From positions 68,014,001 through 68,078,000 of the forward strand of contig NC_092354.1 in assembly GCF_963676685.1 (NCBI RefSeq): a DNA stretch of 64,000 nt, in the 5' to 3' direction. Below are positions 1-13,650 of the stretch, piece after piece (the stretch's first letter is position 1; each line of letters starts with the position of its first letter). The notes beneath the pieces were generated by a model. The model saw only the letters and a program-made list of their open reading frames with translations, searched no databases and was not told the DNA's origin. Both the position numbers and the translations under genes were made by a program. The DNA is from Mytilus edulis (taxonomy: Eukaryota).

Positions 1-644
1 GATTCTGATCGTCTTTTAGAAAAAAATTCAGGTTATGGAATATTTTTGTGATTTATCTCCAATCTCAATATTAGCTAAAAAAATAACTGATTTCCAGATA
101 CACAAGCATTTGACACATTTATAAATGTAAAGCAACTTCTAGTGCTGCTGTATCATATGATTACTGAAAGCAAAAACATATATGACCACTTTATGCTTTA
201 AGGACGTTCGCTCCTCTTGTTTTTCTTGATTTTTACCAGATATTCAGAATCCTCTAGTTTTATCCATGTAGTGCCATTATAAATATTTCCATGCTTACCC
301 CTACTTTTCTTTTTAGAATTTTATTACATACAAGGAAAATTCTATAAAATCATTGTTAATTTTTACATATTTTTTTTTACAGAAAAAGGGTGCCAATATT
401 TAATGTCTATTTCCTGAGGTAATTCAGAGAAAAAATGAGAACCTTATTTGTGTCTTGCTGTAACTATCATATTATAAATAAAAAAAATATATGTTGCATT
501 GTTAGGATATTATTTAACAATGAAAATCTGTACAACTTTGTTGAACAGTGATGAAATATGGAGCACTGTCCCTTTCTATGTCTACTTTCTTGTGAAGCAA
601 ATGCTATGCTTTAAACTGAAAACTAATAAAAACAAACTATTTAC

Positions 645-831
645 CTCTCTTGAACATTTCCTTCATGTATATGTACAGGTGGTACTCTCCAAGGACAGTT
701 CCACCTACTGGGAGAAAGACGACCAAAGTCAAACTGACAACAGACCTTAGGGTCTGGACCACAGGTGTGTGGAACATCATAGGAATAGAATGGCATCATA
801 TGGCATAAAATGTCTGTGGAACCTTCCTGAT
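645..831 (-). CDS. MAN2A1: Golgi alpha-mannosidase II exon; the gene continues beyond the left edge of the window
   Basis: Encodes [36 protein letters not shown]...CPWRVPP, the GMII-specific [16 protein letters not shown] motif, phase 1-2. Confidence 0.95.
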
Positions 832-1457
832 CTGCAAAATAATATCTCTGGTATAAAATATTAACATTGCATGCAGTTATTAAATTTCTTCTTCACAAGC
901 TTTATTACTCTGACATGAAATCTTTGAATTCATATTTTCTTGTTCTATAAAGGACTATACCATTAAAATGAAGGTAGGAACATTTCGTTTATAGATATTG
1001 TTATAATTTTTCAGGAGTGTCAATACTGGAGCAGGAATTGCTAAAAATTTCTGAGCACTCCAGTTCAACTATAGTCTTTGGTGGGGTTAAGGTGGTACCA
1101 AAAAACCTAGTCTAAAATTAATTTAGCTAGTTTGATTTTCATAAAATTTTAACAAACTATTTACGTTAATTAGTCTTTGACAAAATATAAAATTTCTAGA
1201 AATTGAACCACACACTAATGAATTTTTTTTATTAGATATATCACAGTTAGACAAACACTTGTTTTGTTTGAATATTAATATTTCCTTTTACAATAGAACG
1301 TGATTAAAATCTTCAGCTGATTTTTACAGAGTTATCTCCCTGTAGTGTGTTCAATCTTCAGTTTCTTTATATTATTAAGTGGATATTTAATTGACATGTG
1401 GTTTATGAATATCCTCTTAGTGTCTTCTTCTTCTTTTTGCTACATGTATACCCCTAC

Positions 1458-2482
1458 CAGGGCTTCCAAAACGGTCATATATTCTGGTCATTTGTATAAT
1501 GTCCGGTAAAAGTCCGGCTTGGCAAAGCATGAAACGGTCATATACTTTTTAGTTTTCAATGTTTTTTCGGTCATTTTTACATAATCATGATCTTTTTAAC
1601 CCAACCTTTTGCCTTTAACATCAACACATTTCTGTTCATAAATGTGACATGATGATTAATTACTATCAAAACAACACCTACTTCAATACTTTCTAATTTT
1701 AATCAAGGCTAATTAGTAGTTGGACAGCTGAAATCTACCTTTCAGGTGACAGGTGAACTATGTTCAGTACTGGACATTGTATAAATTGATTGCTTTATTC
1801 ACAATTATTTTGTTACATTTCAACAGTTTGTATCTTATTGATTTAGTCCAAAAGATTAAAATTATTAGAAATTAGTTTATCAAGATGATTTGATGAAAAA
1901 TTTAAAAAGGTTTTAAATGAAAAATCGTCAGAACTACGTCGTATGAACTAGAACATGTGTGCGCATGTGCACAGGTGGGAAATTTGATAATGCATCCTAT
2001 ATTTCTTCAAAAATGCTAAAATTATCATTGATACATGTTTCTGACATTCATTTCAAGTATTTTGTTGAAGAGATAACGTGGAAAGAGCTTCTTCTCTCAG
2101 TCGTGCTTTGTAAACGTACACAGATTTTAGGTATCTGTTTATGGTCCATGTTTTACCATTGGCAAGTCAACATCCGGTTTGAAAACGAAAGTAAAGTTTT
2201 TGACAATGTCATTTTGCACAAATAAAAAGTCTAAGGCAGATATGAGCACGCTAATTTGCACACTATAAATGATGCACTGCCAATTTAACAGTTACATCCG
2301 AACATCAAATTCATATCATATCAAAGTAATGTATAAAATCGTTTTATTTTTTTAATGTAATGTCAATCATTGGAATGGCCATCTGATTACCATAATTGCC
2401 TTTTGTGACTAAGTCTTAAGGGATTAAAATCGGAATTAGATATAAAATGTTCGGCTGGCTCAAATATTTTTTGGAAGCCCTG
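1458..2482. mobile_element. Non-autonomous hAT-type DNA transposon in a MAN2A intron
   Basis: TIR CAGGGCTTCCAAAA / TTTTGGAAGCCCTG, with a perfect 8-bp TSD ACCCCTAC at 1450-1457 and 2483-2490. Confidence 0.9.
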
Positions 2483-2548
2483 ACCCCTACCTCTAAATAA
2501 AACAACAAATCAGTATGTTTAAGATACAATAGTAATTAATGAAAATAC

Positions 2549-2722
2549 CCCAGTTTTGTCTCCACATAAATTCCAGTTGTTTTTCTTTAGCTAGGGCTTT
2601 CTTAACTGCATAATGCACTCTCTGTATTAACATATTTTTGAAGTTCATTTTCTTTAGCAAGTAAGCCATGGTGGGAGTGTGTCCAAAAGGATCAATGGCC
2701 CAGCCAGATTCTGGTCTAACTC
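2549..2722 (-). CDS. MAN2A1: Golgi alpha-mannosidase II exon (catalytic nucleophile WAIDPFGH)
   Basis: Encodes [58 protein letters not shown], phase 1-1. Translated by hand; not in the ORF track. Confidence 0.95.
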
Positions 2723-3919
2723 CTGTAAAACAATGTAAAAGTAATTATATAGGGAGAATTAATTTATCATTCATGTTACAAGATAATAATCACAATGAAA
2801 ACTTAGTGAATAATCTTGAAGCTTAAATTGGTTATATAGAAATGTGGCTAAAACCAATGAAACTTGCCAAAATTTGATGTCATTAAAAAATATCTTCACC
2901 TCCAACATAGGTCAAGAACAGTAAGTTGTTTGACAATGTTTGAGTATAAAAATGTCATTTTCTGTGAGTTTTTAAAAAGTTTAGCAAATTCTGAACAAAA
3001 GACAGAAAAGTCACTGAAATCAATTCAAAAACTAAAACAAATAGTCCATAGAATAATGTTTATAGTTTTAAACAAGAATGTGTCCCCAGTACAAGGATGC
3101 CCCATCGCACTATTATTTTCTATGTTAAGTGGACCGTGAAAATGGGAGAAAATCTCTAATTTGGCATTAAAATTAGAAAGATCATATAAAAGGGAACATG
3201 TGTACTAAGGTTCAAGTTGATTGGACTTCAACTTCATCAAAAACTACCTAGACCAAAAACTTTAAACTGAAGTGGGACAGACAGACGGACGAAAAAACGG
3301 ACTGATGAACGAACCGACGGGCGAACAAACGGACGCACAGACCAGAAAACATACTGCCCATAAATGGGGCATAAAAACGATTTTACATAATATTGCAAGA
3401 TGGTGCATATTGTTGGAGACTGTGTGTTGTTTAATGGGTTCTCTCTCTCTTTCTCTCTGTATCTGAATTATACTGGAAATGAACTCAAATATTGCTGAAT
3501 AAAACTTATCCAGGAAGTATGTTTGCACAACTGACTTAAATAGTTGCGCGAGATAATTGTCTTTAAGTTTAAATATTTCAACAGTTTTACAGTTCGCTGC
3601 AGTGTTTGGTAATAAGTACCAATCAATAATCATGATAATAGTTTGTGAAAAAAAGAATGTGTTTAAATGTTGATAAAAGTTTTAGTTTGTAATGTTTGAA
3701 GTTCTCAATGGTCTAGTATTAAATTTGATGTGATGTTCCTTTTGGATGGCCACCAGGTTGTTCACTATTTTTTACAGTAGTACCAGGCACTCAACTATAT
3801 TTGATATGTAGCCTACACTCCTTTTTCAGCACATCAACTTTTTCATCATAGATGCATAAATAGAAAGATTGTAGAACTGTTTTATTCATTTCAATGAGAC
3901 ACTGAACTAATTTGCATAC

Positions 3920-4047
3920 CTAGTGTCAAGTTTAGCCATTGGTTGCCTTCAATCATCTGATCAATCATAGCAAAGTAATGTGTATTGGCTTCGTCATTCA
4001 TCACCCAGCCTCCTGTTATTATCTCAAACTGGCCTTTCTCTATCAAT
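3920..4047 (-). CDS. MAN2A1: Golgi alpha-mannosidase II exon
   Basis: Encodes [38 protein letters not shown] (GH38 GGWVMxDEA motif), phase 2-1. Confidence 0.95.
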
Positions 4048-4067
4048 CTGTAAAGAGTACAATAGAT

Positions 4068-4240
4068 ATAAGATGTGGTATGAGGGCCAATGAGACAACT
4101 CTCCATCCAAGTCACAATTAGTAAAAGTAAACCATTATAGGTCAAAGAACGGTCTTCAACAAAGAGCTTTGGCTCACTCTGAACAAAAATGACTAGAGTA
4201 AAACCATTTTAACAGGAAAACCAACAGTCTAATTTAAATA
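4068..4240 (+). repeat. Abundant dispersed SINE-like repeat (AGATGTGGTATGATTGCCAATGAGACAACT family)
   Basis: Further copies at about 5690-5850 (-), 13320-13480 (+), 16420-16495 (-), 39335-39575 (+), 45930-46030 (-) and 58638-58710 (+). Confidence 0.75.
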
Positions 4241-5436
4241 CAACTTTTGCAAAAGATTATTCCATTTTTTTTTTTTTAATCAAAATAGATTTGGGATAAT
4301 GGGAAGAGACTATTATGTCACTATTGTATATAAAAGAGAGTTTTCTCTATTTTGGATCACCACATCAATTTCAAAACCTACTGACATGACTGATGTAAAG
4401 TATTAAACATATGATGATATTCTTGACTACTAAATAGTCTTGTTACACACAAAATAATTCTTTGCATATATAACAAGTAAATAAATAAATAATGTAAATA
4501 GCAATACATTCTTAACACACAATAATAAACATGAATCAATTACTGAAACAAAAGTACCTATAAGTCAATGTTAAGAGTATTTTAAAGAGGTTTTTAATTT
4601 ACACTGAAGTAGTAGAAAGTGCCAAGTAATCTCAATATACATGATGTAAGGAAGTACAAATTAATGATTTAAACAAGAACAAGGTAGAGTTATTATCATG
4701 ATTATACAGGTGTTTCCATGTGCAGTAAATTATGAAAAACATAATATCAATAAAATAATAATTTCAGCAAAATAACACCTTGTTTCATTAGAACACTGTG
4801 TAACATGTGCAATGAATTAAGTTACATGTTTTGAGCACAAGTACAAAACTTCCTATTCATATATATATTTTATAAAACTGTTACATTTATTATATTTTAT
4901 TGTTATAAATGTGATGTGATTAGTCAAAACCGTTGTCATCTTTTTCAATTTTCATATACATATATAGAGATATATATACTCCATGTTGAAGGCCTCACTG
5001 TGACTTTGAGATGAAGACCAGCAATAAAAGCAGTGTTCCTTTGCTTTTTGATTGTTTTTGTTGTTGTACATATACTAACTTTGTGTCGTGAATAGATACA
5101 CTATAACCTTTGTTTTTTTCTATTAAATAAAAAATATATCTACATGAAATGTAACAATACTTTAGAAGAATATTTAAACCAAAGCTAAATGCTTAATGCA
5201 TGTAATGTAAGAGTTATAAGACTTTCAAACATCTAATAATGTTATGTCAGATTCTCCTTGAAAATCTTCTGGTTTCCCTTAGCAATGTTGCCATATCTTG
5301 ACAAACCCCTACAGAAGGGTAAGATAAAAGTACTAAAAGAAGAAAACGTCTTTTTCTTTAAAATATATATGACCTACTTTTTGACCCTGTTCTTTTTTTC
5401 TAATTGATTTTTCCTAAATATATATATATGACCTAC

Positions 5437-5608
5437 TTTTTTACCCTGTTCTTTTTATTCTGGTCAATCTGACTCCACCACATAGAGAAGAACGAGACCT
5501 CTGCATACATAAACTTCATTTTAGGATACGCCTCTAACTTAGCAACCATGTTATCTAATATTCCTTTCACTTGATCATTGAAGTAAGTATCAAGTGTCTT
5601 TACCCAGC
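5437..5608 (-). CDS. MAN2A1: Golgi alpha-mannosidase II exon
   Basis: Encodes GWVKTLDTYFNDQVKGILDNMVAKL...KFMYAEVSFFSMWW, phase 1-2. Confidence 0.95.
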
Positions 5609-6271
5609 CTGAAAAAAAGATAATCATCCCAATTAAATAAAATGACCAACATTTTATTTAACACTATAAAATGAAGTTGACAAATTTCTTAATTGCTTCA
5701 TATTTTTCGTGTTGAGGTCTTTTATAGTCAACTAAATTGTATGGGTTTTTCTCATTGTTACTGACACCTATAATTGCTTGTAAATATACTTCATTTGAAC
5801 TTTGATGGATAGTTGTCTCATTGGCAGTCATACCACATATCCTTTTTTTTATAGTGACAAGCATTATCAAATTCAGATTTCTAACATGTCAAGTAAAGCA
5901 AAGACATTTTTTCTTCCTCTTCTCTTATTATCATGACCCTTCATTTCCCATATTTTAACATTTGAATGCCTTGTCACTAAAATTACTACTATCATCCTTA
6001 GTTTGGGCCAATACATGAAAATATAGTGTCCAATGGTGGATCAAGAATTTTTCACAAGTGAGGGCTCGCTCTGGTCATGCTTCAGTAATTTCCTATATAA
6101 TCAACCAATTTTTTTACAGATATTTTAGGGGGTCTGTGCCCACTGCATAATATCCTGAAATTGCACTTATTAGTCTTGCATATATTTTGTCCATTTTTCA
6201 AAAAATGCAATTATAAAAGCACACAATAATTTCTGAATTTACAGTATATATGTATAGTCCTTATGTATTAC

Positions 6272-6416
6272 CTGGGTCACAATGTGAGTGTGGAACCACA
6301 AACACATACAACTTCTTCTTGTCATATTTATTTTTGTCATAGTTCACATTCCATCCTTGTTTCCATACGCCTCCATCTGGATTTTCAAAGGTCATAAGGT
6401 CAACCAATTTCAACAT
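6272..6416 (-). CDS. MAN2A1: Golgi alpha-mannosidase II exon (Zn-ligand HSHxDPG motif)
   Basis: Encodes [22 protein letters not shown]...[13 protein letters not shown](G), the diagnostic [13 protein letters not shown] and HSHxDPGW motifs, with canonical AG/GT. Confidence 0.95.
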
Positions 6417-7026
6417 CTGAAATATTCACAAAGATAACAATGAAAGATTTCAAATTTTCTGATACTGTAAATGAAATTTCTGACTATTTAGAATTTGTAG
6501 GATCAATCCAGAATTTACATCTTTACGTGTATTGTGTACATATAAACACAATAATTCAAGATTTTTTTCATGTGGTGTTCCAAATTTTTTTTTATATTTC
6601 TAGGTCGGTATTCTTGATTGTTTGATTGTCTTGTTTGAAATAATAATTAATGAATGGTTGATTATATTGGAAAAACATTTGTGATCATATGATTACTTGG
6701 ACAACCCATGAGGGATCTCATGTATTTTATTATGGAACTTAGACTTGCTACATGTCCCTTCCTAATTATTATTATTTTTTCAATTTTGCCCCTTTAATAA
6801 TTTTACTGCTATAACTAGGAGATTACAATTATACTGACATCTGCAGGAGGAAGCCTTTCTCCAAGGGCAATCAGTAGGCTGGCACTTATCAGTTAACATA
6901 TACATTAGTAAGAGAGAAATATATTAGAAAGGGAATTGTAGCAAGTCTATATGGAACTGTACCAATGCATCCTTTTAAACACTTTTACAATTTTGGAAAC
7001 ACTAAGACATAAAATAAAAGTCAAAC

Positions 7027-7347
7027 CTGAACATCGGTTTTGATATTTGGTGCATCAGCTAACGTACAGACTTGATTGCTACCGCTAACTGCTACATTGT
7101 GTACTGGAATCCTTGCAATAGGTTGTTCTGCTTGAATCTTTTCAGCTGGTTTTTGGAAAAGTTCCTTTACTGCCTCTTTTGCCTGATTTAACTTAGAATC
7201 AGCATCTTTGACAATATCATTTAATTTTTTCAGTGATTCTTTGTCACCTTGAGAAACAAACTTCACTGTGTCCTTTATTTCCTTTAATATTTTTTCATTT
7301 TTAGTTAAATCGTTCTCTAATTTTGATAGTTTTCCTGCATTCAGTAC
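7027..7347 (-). CDS. MAN2A1: Golgi alpha-mannosidase II exon (coiled-coil stem region)
   Basis: TAG|GTACTG...GTTCAG|GTTTGA, 321 nt, phase 0-0. Encodes VLNAGKLSKLENDLTKNEKILKEIK...CTLADAPNIKTDVQ. Confidence 0.8.
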
Positions 7348-8408
7348 CTACATGTATATAAAATATAAAAGCTACAGTTAATTGTTACACAATTGTTTTG
7401 ATTAAAGACATGTTGTGGATTAATTTATTTTCTTGGGTACCAACATGACCATTTTTGTGGATTGGGTAAACATGGTAAAACTAGTTTTTCATGAATACTA
7501 GACATTGTTACGTACTGCCAACTCACGGTATTCAATTTTAAAATTCGTTGCTTATTATCATTGATTATACATGTTATTTATGTATAGTTATCCATGAATT
7601 AATGTGAATCCACAGTAATGAGACAACAGCTGCAGGTATTTGTACATGTAAATCTTATATATCATGTATATGTACAACAATCAAATTGCTCTACTGTCAA
7701 TTAGGTGATTATTCAGTCTACGGCAATTACGTTATTTGTTTGTGGGATATTGCTTTAAAATAGTTTGCAACAATTTGGGGTTTTATGACGTAAAATGGTA
7801 AAAATTCTTGCCAATTGTCATTGACAGACTCTGATTTTGAAGAATCAAGATAAATATTTGAGACCTCTGACGAATCATGATACTGAAATGTTGACAATTC
7901 AAGCTAAACAATTTAACCAATTTGGCATTAACAGAAGCTAAAAAAACATTAACAGCTGACGGTAAATGATATTCCTACCCTTACACAATGATGATACATA
8001 TTATTGAGTATATCAATTGGTAATTGCTTATTTTTAAACTTTTGTGAATTACAATATAAGAATTCGAGTCAAATCTGGCTATCATTTTATTTCTGACATT
8101 TTTGCAACCATACTGATTATTTTGAGGGGGGATAGGAACTTTATCAGGACTTCAGGATCGGGTGTTTTTAAGCTTGGGATTTCGGGATTGACCCTTTTGG
8201 GATCCAGGAGTTCTTTTTGGGATTTTGGGGATGCCAGGATTTAAATTTATTTTTAGGTTTGGCACATATTCCACCAAACAGGGAACTATTCCCCAAATGA
8301 GTATCAATCCCTCATTTGAGTAAGCACTTGGTATTGAATAATTGTTCATATAAATATTTTTATGAAAATAACCACTATCTATACATTTTTAATGAAAGTG
8401 TATCTTAC

Positions 8409-8522
8409 ATCATCAGAAGTGACTCTTCCCATGTTGTTCGATACTGTTTCCATCATAAGATACAGCGACATGATGACTACGATGAAAAACATAGAACCCC
8501 ATATTACCATGTATTTCTTCAT
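8409..8522 (-). CDS. MAN2A1: Golgi alpha-mannosidase II (GH38), first coding exon: cytoplasmic tail plus type II signal anchor
   Basis: Encodes MKKYMVIWGSMFFIVVIMSLYLMMETVSNNMGRVTSDD. Acceptor TTTACAG precedes 8528 and donor GTAAGA starts at 8408 (phase 0). Frame is continuous with the downstream GH38 exons. Confidence 0.85.
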
Positions 8523-9664
8523 TTTCCTCTGTAAATTGTAGAAAAGTGCATCAGATAAACACACAGTCAAAAGAACAAGTAGTTCGTCTTCATCAAATTA
8601 TGCAGAATGTTAACAATTAAACATATTAGTGCTTTAAAATTGCAGAAAAGGCATGATATACTTGTAGCCGTAAAAGTTGACAGCACACCAATGTGCTCTA
8701 CGTCATCCAATATGTGTAAATTCTAAAGAAAAAATCGCAGGTCGTCTGACTACGATACAGTTCCGTTTTCGATAATTTGACATCAAGGAAATATTTTTCG
8801 CAGAATTATTATGACACTCTACGGAATACCAAATATTTTTAAACTCGTGATAAAGGTTGCAATGACTTTAATCGCAAAAACAAATATGCGCTGTATATAA
8901 CGATATCAAAATTGACATCACGGTTGCTGATGACACGTTACACAGAGGTAATCTCAGGTACCAGATAGGTGTAAAATTTGCACTTGAAACACAGTATTGA
9001 TGCTGCTGTTCGTTACCTTCTTCCGTATAACTCTACTTATGCGGATTTGTTCCATTTAAAACAAAAATATACTTAAAATACCAATGTTTTTCATATCCTT
9101 GTTTTCGTCACAGTCTGTGGGTATTGTATTTTGAATTTTAAAGGTAAATTATTTATAATATTAATAAAGCTGAAAAATTGAAAAATCGATTTTAAGTCTA
9201 TAAATACATTATACTACCATGTATGGAGTAAAACTGTACCAATCTAGCTGTTAAAATCATCACAACAAGAGGAGATGCATGTAAAGTACAATATGTTTAC
9301 CTTAACTTCTGACCAACAAAACCAGGAAATGACAGTGGAGATACGATCTCTCTTTTTTTGCTGAGAGAAGTGACAAAAATTATGTTTACTACATTGAATT
9401 CTAGATTATATAAATGCCAATTGGTAATCGGAATTAAAGACCTAAATTGAGCAGAAAATCGACTCAAAGAAAGACAAAGTCTTTAAACTATCCTACTGAA
9501 AATATTTGCAATTTCAGGAGCCAATAATTGGCTCTCATTAACCGTTCCTCCTTTAAAAACAATGTTGTAGGTATATCTAATTAAGCATTTCATGGTTTTA
9601 TTTTCCCCTTTTAGCGAAAATAGGAGATATCCATTTTTTATTACTTTCCTGTTAAGTTGGAGTT

Positions 9665-9829
9665 CAGTGGCGGATCCAGGGGGGGGGGGTTCCGGGGGTG
9701 CGCACCCCCCCTTTATTTTTGCCGATCAATGCATTTGTATCGGGTCATATGTTTTGCACCCCCCCCCCCCTTTGCCCTGGGTGCCCTGGGTTAGCACCCC
9801 CCCTTCGAAAATTCCTGCATCCGCCCCTG
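9665..9829. mobile_element. GC-rich MITE (CAGTGGCGGATCCAGG termini) with a 5-bp TSD, hAT5-like
   Basis: Imperfect TIR CAGTGGCGGATCCAGG / CCTGCATCCGCCCCTG, flanked by GAGTT on both sides (9660-9664 and 9830-9834). Confidence 0.75.
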
Positions 9830-12800
9830 GAGTTAAGCGCTAGTCCATCCCAGCTCCCGACATGCATGCATGCAGTCGATGCTGATCTTTATTATATGGT
9901 CCATGCAATTGTGTTAAAAATTTAGAAAAAATAATGTTGAAGCGGTGCTTTGGTTATTACCGTGAAACATCATTTGTGGCAGGTGGACGGATGTAAGGAT
10001 GGACATTTGCATTACTTTATAAGCACTGGTTTCGATTATGTTATTAAAAAAACGTAGAAAGTACAATGACTTAAAGAAAAAAGTAAAACAACATTATTGA
10101 TTGAGTCACTTGAAAACAGAAACAAACTCTGGACTAACGTGTTCCTAAACCTTGGGTATAATGAGTTCAGTTATAGAAGTGGTACTATTGGTGTTTCTCA
10201 TTTAAAGTTAAGTGTAATGGAAACAGCACTTGCCGTCAAACCCCCAATCTATGTCATGCTTAATAAACTTTATATGCATATATATTCATTCAAATTCATG
10301 ACAAATGACTATAACTTGATCAGAGTATTATTTATTTACATTTTTCCTGGTGTAAATAGTTCAGAACGTTTAATAACTTATTTCCAAAGAGACTCAAAAT
10401 ATACCAAAGGGAAATTCAAACTCTCAATGCAAGTCGAAAATAAACTGACAACACGATGACAAAAAAGAAAAGAAAAGACTAAAAGACTAAACACAGCATA
10501 GAATACTGAACAACATGATAAGCTGATAACTACGTGATCACCTGTGCAATGGATGCATTTGCATTGGTATTGATAAAACATGTGCACCAAGAAATTGCTA
10601 ACATTTTCAGACTGTGTTCCGTCCAGAAAGAGAGAACGCATTACAAGGCTTACTATTTATTTTTTAAATACATAACTGAAACCATTGCACATTACATTTG
10701 TATTTTATGAATCTATTCTAATTGATGAGGTATCAATGCAGATAATAGAAATATGTATAATGGGAATTAACAAAATCATCGGAAATAGTTATGAATATTA
10801 TAACAATTAAAAAATTACGAATTCAACACTAGCGTACTCTCTTCATACATCAAATATTTAGTATTATCAATGAGTAATTGTCAAAGGGTAATCCTGTTTT
10901 TTCCTCATAGTTATGATAATATGACGTTTCCGATAATAATTGTTTAACAGTGGATTTAAAAAAAGTCGAGTATTCATACTTAGAAATGCAGGATGTTATT
11001 TTCCATGTATGTACCAGGTGCGTGTTGGTCATCAGCACATCTCTATATTTTGAAATTGAAAATGTTATGGTACTTACATGATCAAGGCTATTTTCCATTG
11101 AAATCATTATATAACAATGAATCGATTTACATGTACTTCTGCATCTAGACTATCGACCCCCAAGATTTTATCTGCACAGTAACAAGTGTTTCTTATTTAC
11201 TCATTTACAAATGTACAATATGCGTCCCCCTAATTTCAAGTCATATTAATTTGATAAATAACGTTTTCTACTAACTAAAGAAAGATTGACATTTGGCAGT
11301 TTTGTTTTTGGCCTTCTTGCCTTCATGTCAAGTTTTCTCCCTGCTACAAAGACCATCGGAGACCGGTGGAGACCCGCGGCTGCATATACTTGTTTTGATC
11401 GATGGATAGAGTGGAAAAACTAACTGAGGAATCATTGACCGATAAAATTGGTCAAACAGTTATGAGATAAATGCTTTTATGGTCTTTTATATATACTCCA
11501 AAACTTTTACAAAATAACAATAAGGGGTACGTACGGAACTTATTTTCCTGAAGTTTTTCCAAAAACAAATTCTTCTATCAAATTTATAAATATAATGTTT
11601 CAAGTTGGGTTTTTTCTTCTTCTGAAAAATGTCTTTTTTTGGATAATCTTGTTTACAAATTTCAAGTTTTAAAAGATGTATCCATTGAATATTGAATGAC
11701 ACTTGAAAAAAAAGGAAAAAAAAGTATTTCAAATTTAAAATATGCCCAGAATTGATGCTCAGAAAAAGATATCTGATCTAACTTAAATTTAAATGTATAG
11801 TAAGTGACTTTATACTAGTAAAACGTTTCAAGTTACAATATGTTTAATGTTTGATATAGTGACTGAAATGGCATTAATAATGATAATAATAATTAAGAAA
11901 TAATTCTTTCATGCCACGCTCTATACGCTCGAAATGTCGCCATTTTGATTTCATGAACAAAAACGTTATAGAAAAATCAACAGTTGATCAATAAAAAAAA
12001 GTACAGAAACATTTAAACTTACTTTTAGAATGTTTTTATTTAATTTCCTAGCGAGCAACACCAACAAAAATGTCCATTTTGATCTCTGGCGTTGTTCAAA
12101 ATTTATCTGACGTTGCAATTTCAATTATGACGTCAATCACGTGCAGTCCATGTTCTATTCAAATCAGAACATGGCTTTGTACCCAAAGCTAAAGAAGAAC
12201 GTCATATTAGAATAGATAATATAAACGCATCAGATATTTAATGTGCGGGATATATACATACAAACAATTCCGGTCGGAATCAGAAAGAGACTTCCTATTG
12301 TTGGTATATGGACATTTCAACGCTCTCTGTAAGTCAAAGAATTATTACAACAACTTTTTTGTATGCTTTCCTAACAAGTCTTGAGTTTACCGATGTAGTG
12401 CATAAGGGGACCACACAAACTGTGTAATATTATGTTGTACTTCTAAATAAAACAAAGAAAAAAAGTCCACAATATATATACAATGTCATTAGCAATTTCA
12501 CATGAAATATATTTCAAGATTTTTATTTGAAGTAGTCATCAACTTAAAATTAAGCATACAGGACCTGTAGTATGATTGCTAATACAACTGAACTATCTGA
12601 GTTCAAATGAAATAAAACAGATCGTAGGTCTTTGTACTGTCTTCAACAATGACCAAACCTAATATCAGAAAGGAATGCTAAAGTATTAAAATTAAAATAT
12701 TTAATATGAATAAATAATCAATGTTTATTGCACACTGAACCAGAAATATGATCATTTGTCATGTAAAAAGTGCAAACAATGTTTCTGTTGACTAACCACA

Positions 12801-13650
12801 GCTATTTGGTCATTTTTTAAATACAGTTTCTCGACCAGATGTATTCCCAACTGTTCACCAATTTAATCTGAATTTGCGTATGGAAAAATAGTTAGAACAT
12901 AGTGAATGACCACTGAAAATCTATAAGACGGAGGATTCTTAACTCGCACTAGTCGCTAAATTTTAGTCTTTAAATGTCTTAGTGACCTAGCTTAACATGC
13001 ATATGATCTAAAAAGTTTAAACAATTTTTTATTTAGTCATGTTCATTCTTTCAATCAATTTTCAGACTTATTTGCTGTCGAAACTGAGTAATGTTCACCA
13101 AATTCGCTTGCAGACAATTTAATATAAATTTAAAATATCTCTTCAGTATGATTTAGATGTGTACAGGGAAAGTATTGAATTAACCGCAGTATATACGTCC
13201 GAAAATTGATTGAAAGACTGAAAATGTCGTAATAATTTATTGTTCGGTCCTTTTACATCTGTTTAGATTAATATAACCGTTTCAGAACAAAATTTCTTTA
13301 CGAGAGACAATATGAAAGATGGAGATGTATTGTGATTGTCAATGAGACAACTATCCACCAAAGTTTAAATGAAGTGGACGTTAGTAAATATAGACAACCG
13401 TACGACCTTCAATAATAAGAACAATTCATACTGTATAATATGTTATCAAAGGTCCCGACATGAAAAATATGAACCAAATAAAAACAAAAACGTTAAAAAA
13501 AACATCATTCCACATAGAAATCAAATAATTAACAGTAAGAAACCCACTACTTAACAGGGATGACATAAGGTGCTCTATACAGGTCAAACATAATCTGGAT
13601 GTAAGTCATAGTTGGAGATTGATGTAACTCATCTCTTTTGTCATGTACGT

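Noticed and set aside
8660-9060. Non-coding first exon and promoter of MAN2A
   Set aside because: An acceptor before 8528 implies an upstream exon, but two candidate donors (near 8661 and near 9016) cannot be distinguished without transcript data.
9592-9925. Pro/Gly-rich ORFs
   Set aside because: They derive from the G/C homopolymer runs of the MITE at 9665-9829.
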